DNA of 64,000 bases, from contig OZ024748.1 in NCBI GenBank assembly GCA_964016885.1, positions 53,940,001 through 54,004,000 on the forward strand, read 5' to 3'. Both the position numbers and the translations under genes were made by a program. Under the pieces are notes generated by a model. It was not told the origin of the DNA and did no database searches. It saw only the letters and a program-made list of their open reading frames with translations. This document shows, piece after piece, positions 55,595 to 64,000 of the stretch. This stretch comes from Eledone cirrhosa (Eukaryota). How positions within the stretch are numbered: the first letter of the stretch is position 1; each line of letters starts with the position of its first letter.

Positions 55595-55927
55595 CTATAC
55601 ATTCATTACCAGTGCCATGACGAAGTTCCCCCTCCAGTTCACCCAGTCTAGCATTGTCATTTGAATTTCCCTTGCTTCCAGTCCACTGTCATCTTCAAGA
55701 ACATCCTTCAGCGTAGTGATAGTTTCGTCTCCCAACTCATCTGCATGTATCAGGTTTCCAGAAAAAACTCTGTTAACAGGTTCATTGTGACGTTTTACAT
55801 GTCTGGCTAATCCGAACCTCCTGTGACTTATGATGTCAGAAAGGCGAAGGTTTGGACCGTAAAACAATTTATTCACTATGTGTGTTCGCCAAGATATGTT
55901 CTGGATAAAATACCCTCTCAATCCCAC
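55595..55927 (-). mobile_element. Old RTE-like LINE C-terminal fragment
   Basis: ISWRTHIVNKLFYG...LSDIISHRRFGLARHVKRH...TLKDVLEDDSG...MLDWVNWR. Confidence 0.65.
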
Positions 55928-56368
55928 ATCAGAAATGAAACAATTAACAATCTTTAAATCTCACGAAATCCCTCATTAAATAATTAAAATACAATGTATG
56001 TCATCAGATATGTGACCCCAGTATTTTACAGGTACACTTGATTTGTTGAGGTCAGAAAGGTGAAATGAAAATTTGTCTTTGGTGAAAGAAGTTAAAGGGA
56101 TGTAACTAAATACCACAAGGTATTTGGTCTAATTCTGTGCGATTTCTGGTACCCACTGACCTAATAACATAAATAATTATAGTGCTATCTAAATTAGGCA
56201 CAAGACCAGCAATTAAATATTACATCAACCCTAGTATTTGACTGGTACATTATTTTATTGACTTCTGGGGGGATGAAAGGTAAAATTATAACAATAATAC
56301 GAATGGAAATAATGATAATGATAATAATATCCTCCTCATCAATATCATCATCATTTTTAATTATTATT

Positions 56369-56565
56369 AGGGCGGTGGATTGGCAGTATCGGTAGAGGGT
56401 CGGACGCCATGCTTTCCAGCAAAGAGTTACGTCCCTTTACGATCTGAGTTCAAATCCCGCTGAGGTTGATTTTGCCTTTCATCCTTACGGGGTCGATAAA
56501 ATAAAGTACCAGTAATACACTGTGGTAATTGCTGGCCTTGTGCCAAAAGTAGAAACAATTATTAT
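56369..56565 (+). mobile_element. Full-length SINE family A
   Basis: tRNA-like head (tggcagtatcggtag, gagttcaaatcc); central gcctttcatccttacggggtcgataaaat resembles the Deu/Nin domain (inference); (ATT) tail. Confidence 0.88.
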
Positions 56566-56823
56566 CTTCATCATCATCAGTGTCATCATCATCATCATTG
56601 TCATCATCATCATTATCTTCATCATCATCATTATCATCATCATTGTCATCATCATCATTGTTGTCATCATCATCATCATCATCATCATCATTATCTTCAT
56701 CATCATCTATTTCTTTGCTCTTATCATCACCAGTCTCCTCTCTTATCCTTTCTTCTTCTTCTTCTTCTTCTCCTCCTCCTCCTCCTCACCACCACTACCA
56801 CCACCACTACCACCACCACCACC

Positions 56824-56857
<34 letters not shown>

Positions 56858-56948
56858 TCATCACCACCACCACTAATACCAACCACCACCATCACCACCA
56901 CCACCATTAATACCGACCACCACCACCACCACCACCACCACCACCACC

Positions 56949-57009
<61 letters not shown>

Positions 57010-58730
57010 CCACCACCACCACAACCACCACCGCCACCATCCTCTCCTTCATTCCTTCACCACCAACATCCCCTCTTCCTCCTCCACTTCCACACCACCA
57101 TTTGTCCCCAGCCCTTCCCATGACCATCAGTCCATCACCAACATTGCCACTGCTACCATATCAATCATCATAGTTATACCCCCTCCTCCCACCCTCACCC
57201 CACTAGTTATCAACCCCATCACCATCATCATCATCATCAATATCATCACCATCAACTTTATCAGTATGATTGTCATCAAATCATGTTCTTCTCCAACACT
57301 ACAGCTCCTGCTACAACTACCACCAACAGAATCATCACCACCACCACTACAGCTAGTACCACCACCACTCAACCACTATACCACTATACCACTCCACCTA
57401 CTACCAACAGAACCATCACCACCACCACCACCACTACAACTACAATCAACAGAACCACCACCACCACTACAACTACCATCAACAGAACCATCACCACCAC
57501 CACCACTACAACTACAAACATAATCCCCATTATCACCATCATCATCATCATTGTCAACATCCCCACCAATTTATTTTAATCTCTTCTGCTATTTGCCACC
57601 CACCCCCACCTACCACTACCATCAGCATCCCCCACCCATCAACACCACCACCATCACTAACACCACCACCACTACTACTACTATTACCACCACCACTAAC
57701 ACCCACCACCACTCTCACCAACATCACCACTATCACCACTACCATCCCTACCATCACCACTACCATCATCACCACCACTACCACCACACTCACCAACATC
57801 ACCACCATCACCACCACCACTGCCATCACCACCACCACTGCCATCACCACCACCACTACCATCACCACCACCACTACCATCACCACCACCACTACCATCA
57901 CCACCACCACTACCATCACCACCACCACTACCATCACCACCACCACTACCATCATCATCACCACCACTACCATCATCACCACCACCACACTCACCAACAT
58001 CACCACCATCACCACTATCACCACTACCATCACCACCACCACTACCATCACCACCACCACTGCCATCACCACCACCACTACCATCATCACCACCACCTCA
58101 CTCACCAATATCACCACCATCACCACTATCACCACTACCATCACCACCACCACTACCATCACCACCACCACTACCATCACCACCACCACTACCATCACCA
58201 CCACCACTACCATCATCACCACCACTACCATCACCACCACCACTACCATCATCACCACCACCACACTCACCAACATCACCACCATCACCACCACCACTAC
58301 CATCATCACCACCACCACACTTACCAACATCACCACCATCACCACTATCACCACTACCATCATCACCACCACTACCATCATCACCACCACTACCACCACA
58401 CTCACCAACATCACCACCATCACCACCACCACTACCATCACCACTACCATCACCACCACCACTACCATCACCACCACCACTACCATCATCACCACCACCA
58501 CACTTACCAACATCACCACTACCATCACCACCACCACTACCATCATCACCACACTCACCAACATCACCACTACCATCATCACCACACTCACCAACATCAC
58601 CACCATCACCACCACCTCTACCACCACCACTACTACTACTACCCTACACCACCACCACTACCACCACCACCTCCACCACTACTACTACTACCACTACAAC
58701 CACCACTACACCACCACCACCACACTGTCA
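56566..58730. repeat. (CAT)n/(CAC)n/(TAC) triplet-repeat field
   Basis: Seen directly; source of the poly-His and poly-Ile pseudo-ORFs. Confidence 0.92.
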
Positions 58731-59169
58731 CTGACTAATATCATGGTTATTAGTCTAATTATGTCATCGCTGTCATCAGTGATGTCACCTTGCTATTCAT
58801 TCTGATCATATCTGTTGGGATGGGCATGGGGGGAGAGAAGAGTAATCTACCTTTCCAGCCCCTCACATGTCCACATATACACATATATACACACACACAC
58901 ACAAACATTCATACTCACACAAACATTCATGCTCACAAACACACATATATACACACACATATATACACACACACAAACACATATATACTCACTTAACACT
59001 CACACAAACACACATATGCTCACACAAACACACATATACTCATGCACATATATTCACATATACATACATATACTCACACAAACACACACACTCATTTAAA
59101 CACATAAACACTCATATAGTCATATAAAACACACACATAGTCGCACAAACATACATATACTTACACAAA

Positions 59170-59660
59170 CACTTATATACTCACCCAAACACACATATGT
59201 ACTCACCCAAACACACATATGTACTCACCCAAACACACATATGTTACTCACCCAAACACACCTATGTACTCACCCAAACACACCTATGTACTCACCCAAA
59301 CACACATATGTACTCACCCAAACACACCTATGTACTCACCCAAACACACCTATGTACTCACCCAAACACATGTGTACTCACCCAAACACACCTATATACT
59401 CACCCAAACACACCTATGTACTCACCCAAACACACATATGTACTCATCCAAACACACATATGTACTCACCCAAACACACATATGTACTCACCCAAACACA
59501 CCTATGTACTCACCCAAACACATGTGTACTCACCCAAACACACCTATATACTCACCCAAACACACCTATGTACTCACCCAAACACACATATGTACTCATC
59601 CAAACACACATATATACTCACCCAAACACACATATGTACTCACCCAAACACACGTACATA
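59170..59660. repeat. 22-bp minisatellite tactcacccaaacacacatatg
   Basis: Seen directly. Confidence 0.93.
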
Positions 59661-61045
59661 CTCACCCCACATACCTATGTACTCACATAAACACATACAC
59701 ACACAGATATACATATACTCACACAAACGTATACTCACACAAACATGTAAACACATACACGAATGTGTACTAAAATAAACATGTATAAACATACACACAC
59801 TGTCATACATACATTTACACATGCAATAACACACTCACACAACACACCAACAAATGTGTACATTTACAATGACACATAGGAACATACACAAACATAGCTA
59901 CACAATGAAAGTATGTAGACACATACATGCACACTTACTGATGCATACATACATACACACATACCAAAAACACATATGGGCATATGCAAGCATACACACA
60001 CACATACATACAAGTACACTAAGAAATTCATACATGTATACATAACTACTTAGATTACATACATGCAAAAACATATGGGACATACGCAAACACACACACG
60101 TGCACACATGAAAGCATGCAGACGCATACAAGCGCACAAACAGATGCATACATACAACATGCAATAACACATATTGACATATGCAAATGCTCACACATAC
60201 ACACTAACAAATGCATACATGTATACATACAAAAATACATACATACATACATACAAAAACACATATGGACATGTGCAAACACATCAACACACATGCAAAC
60301 ACATTAATAAATGTATACATACAAACATACCATACATGCAAACACTGACACACTTGCAAACACATATCAATATATACATGCAAAACACACCGACACATGC
60401 AAACACGTTAATAAATGTATACATACACACATATATACATACATCCAAACACACCCAACACACATGCAAACACATTAATAAAATGTATACATACATACAT
60501 ACATATATGCAGACACACCAACACTCATACAAACACATTAATAAATGTATACATACATACACACATACATACATGCAAACACTGACACACATGCAAACAC
60601 ATTAATAAATGTATACATACACACATACATGCAAACACACCAACACACATGCAAACACACCAACACACATGCAAACACATTAATAAATGTATACATACAT
60701 ACATGCAAACACTGACTCACATGCAAGCATGCACATTCATACAAACACACATGCAAACAATGTAGAAAGACACACATGGACATACACAAACACACCTACA
60801 CATATGCAAGCATGTACACACACACACACACACATGTCCCTTATTCTCTCCACAGTGAGCTTTGTACATACTCCACACCACCCCCCACCACATTCATGAC
60901 ATCTCTGTACCAACAGCAACAAATGCAGTAAGCGCCACTTTTAGTAGTAGTAGTAGTAGTAGCAGTAGCAGCAGCAGCAGTAGTAGCAGTGGTAGTGGTA
61001 GTAGTAGCAGTAGTAGTGGTAGCAGCGGTAGTAGTAGTAGTTGTT

Positions 61046-61245
61046 NNNNNNNNNNNNNNNNNNNNNNNNNNNNNNNNNNNNNNNNNNNNNNNNNNNNNNN
61101 NNNNNNNNNNNNNNNNNNNNNNNNNNNNNNNNNNNNNNNNNNNNNNNNNNNNNNNNNNNNNNNNNNNNNNNNNNNNNNNNNNNNNNNNNNNNNNNNNNNN
61201 NNNNNNNNNNNNNNNNNNNNNNNNNNNNNNNNNNNNNNNNNNNNN
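61046..61245. other. Assembly gap (200 N)
   Basis: Run of N. Confidence 1.
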
Positions 61246-62043
61246 GTGGAAGTGTCATTTGAGCCATAATTGTACTTGTCTGGCAAGTGACTTGATCTAA
61301 GACTGTGTTAAAACTAAAACAGTTATATCATAGAAGAGTCATTTAGCCACAGTTGTACTTGTCTGGCATATGATTTGATCTGAGACTGTGTGGAAGAGTC
61401 ATTTTATCTACTGTTGTACATGCCTGGCAAGTGACTTGATCTGACACTGTGTATTGAAACTAAAACATTTTCTGTATGGAAGAGTCATTTTAGCCACGGG
61501 TACTTGAGACGGCATATGACTTGATCTGAGACTGTGTGGAAGACTCATTTTATCCACAGTTATACACATCTCGCATGTGGCATGATCTGAGACTGTATTG
61601 AAACTAAAGCAATTACTGCATGGAAGAGTCATTTAGCCACAGTTGTACGTCTGGCAGGTGCCTTGATTTTAGACTGTGTTAAAACTAAAGGTATTACATA
61701 ATGGAAGAGTCATTTGAGCCACAGTTGTACATGTCTGGGAGGTGACTTGATCTAAGACTGTGTTAAAACTAAAGGTATTACATAATGGAAGAGTCATTTG
61801 AGCCACAGTTGTACATGTCTGGGAGGTGACTTGATCTAAGACTGTGTTAAAACTAAAGGTATTACATAATGGAAGAGTCATTTGAGCCACGGTTGTACAT
61901 GTCTGACAAATGATTTGATCTGAGACTCTGCCGAAACTAAAACAATTACATAATGGAAGTGTCATTTGAACCATGATTGTACATGTCTGGCAAGTATCTG
62001 AGACTGTGTTGAAACTAAAGTAATTACTGTGTGGAAGAGTCAT
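61246..62043. repeat. 84-bp satellite with shorter deletion variants, abutting the gap
   Basis: atggaagagtcatttgagcc at 61701, 61785 and 61869. Confidence 0.92.
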
Positions 62044-62819
62044 GTATGTTGTATGTATATATGGATGGATTGATGTTGTATATATGTATGTATGTTGTAT
62101 GCATGTAAGTAAACATGTAATACATGTCGGTACATATGTACAAATGTATGCAACATATGTATGTAAGTATGTATGTAATATATGTATGTAGGTCTATATG
62201 CATGCATGAATGAATGTGGATATGTATATTTTTCATACATGTATGTATGTATGCCTGCATGTGTGTAGGTACGTTTCAATGCATGCATGCATGGATGTGT
62301 GTATGTATACAAACATGTGTGTCAGCATATATGCATACATGTGCGTATGTATGTATGCATGCATGTTTATATATATATATGTATGCATGCATGTATGTAT
62401 GTCTATGTATGCATGTCGGTATGCATGTGTGTGTGTGCATGTATGCATGCATACATGTGCGTATATATGGATGCATGTTTATATATATGTATACATGTAT
62501 GTGTGTAGGTATATATGTACTCACGACTGGCTGACTGGCTAGTCTGAGGTTGTCCATAAATTTGACTAGTTAGCAGATTTACTCTATCCCATTGCACCCT
62601 TCTTTGCTGTGATTTGACTTAGAAAATATACCGTTGTACTTGAGTACCTCTCTGTCTCCACTGGTTACCTGTGGGGGTGGGATAGGTTGGGTTGGGGTGG
62701 GGTCGTGAGCCGAATGCTGAATCAGTCTCTCTTTCTCATTCTCACTTTTCTATCTCGCTCAGTATTTATATATACATAAGTGTGTACATATATGTTTCGA
62801 TATGTGTGTATGGATATCT

Positions 62820-62871
62820 AGATGTATATATATGCATATATATACATATATGTAATATATATATATATACA

Positions 62872-62939
<68 letters not shown>

Positions 62940-62951
62940 GATCTAGATGTT

Positions 62952-62989
<38 letters not shown>

Positions 62990-62998
62990 GATCTAGAT

Positions 62999-63090
<92 letters not shown>

Positions 63091-63117
63091 TTATATATAT
63101 ATATATACATATGTATG

Positions 63118-63151
<34 letters not shown>

Positions 63152-63161
63152 CATATGTATG

Positions 63162-63195
<34 letters not shown>

Positions 63196-63201
63196 CATAT
63201 G

Positions 63202-63282
<81 letters not shown>

Positions 63283-63357
63283 ATATATATATATATACAT
63301 ATATATGTATGTATATATATATATATATACATATATATGTATGTATATATATATGTA

Positions 63358-63441
<84 letters not shown>

Positions 63442-63450
63442 GATCTAGAT
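62820..63450. repeat. (TA)n microsatellite
   Basis: Seen directly. Confidence 0.96.
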
Positions 63451-63743
63451 GTTCATACATACATATATGTACACACTTATGCATATATATATATATGTAT
63501 GTACATACACATGCATATACAGACACACATGCATCCATCCAGCCATCTATATATTCTTCCCACTCACCCACCCTCCCTACCCAGTAGCTGTGTACTACCC
63601 TACACAGTCATGTGACCCACCTTATAAATATATTCATGTTTAGCTAAATCACCGCCTTTACCTGTTTGACCTCATAGTATTTAGTTATATATCTGTGTGT
63701 GTGCGTATGTGTGAGTTCATTTGTGTGTGCGTGTGTATATATA

Positions 63744-63776
<33 letters not shown>

Positions 63777-63777
<1 letters not shown>

Positions 63778-63857
63778 ATGAAAAATTGAACGGGAACAAA
63801 ACAGAGAGGCAGTACAACAAATGTTTATTAATTTCACGCTCTTGAGAGTGGGGTGGT

Positions 63858-63860
<3 letters not shown>
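63777..63860 (-). mobile_element. 5'-truncated copy of the 48328-48578 element, in (TA)n
   Basis: aaaaattgaacgggaacaaaacagagaggcagtacaac...ggggtggtggt matches 48330-48415. Confidence 0.8.
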
Positions 63861-63925
<65 letters not shown>

Positions 63926-64000
63926 TGTGTATATGTGCGTGCATATACAAATATAAAAAGGTGCAAAATGGTCGGTGGAATGAATTTAAATACATGAAGT

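Noticed and set aside
56522-58738. His-rich protein (333-aa and 395-aa ORFs)
   Set aside because: Pure CAC/CAT/TAC repeat field that is also open on the opposite strand, with no non-repetitive domain

Overview
Eukaryotic, AT-rich, repeat-saturated DNA with no supportable intact protein-coding gene. The very high (TA)n/(CA)n density and the SINE, RTE and MITE families suggest a coleoid cephalopod such as octopus; this is inference, not a database result. Almost all ORFs in the track are translations of microsatellites. Supportable content: (1) a ~3 kb 5'-truncated, inactivated RTE-clade LINE (38259-41232, minus) with a C4HC3 PHD-like finger inside its RT, plus several RTE 3' fragments; (2) a 4.25 kb satellite of ~60 x 71 bp whose monomer is the C-terminal end of an RTE ORF, amplified in place; (3) two tRNA-derived SINE families, one sharing its tail with the RTE and one inserting at AATAAT with 14-18 bp TSDs; (4) TTAA-flanked piggyBac-type MITEs and other MITEs; (5) a set of short, mutually unrelated inserts in microsatellites that carry minimal hammerhead-ribozyme (HHR) motifs and/or long fold-back palindromes with a one-sided 3' extension, resembling Penelope-like pseudo-LTRs or retrozymes. 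One candidate non-coding or 5'UTR exon lies at 43089-43199. There is a 200-N gap. All coordinates were read by eye, so element ends may be off by a few bases.
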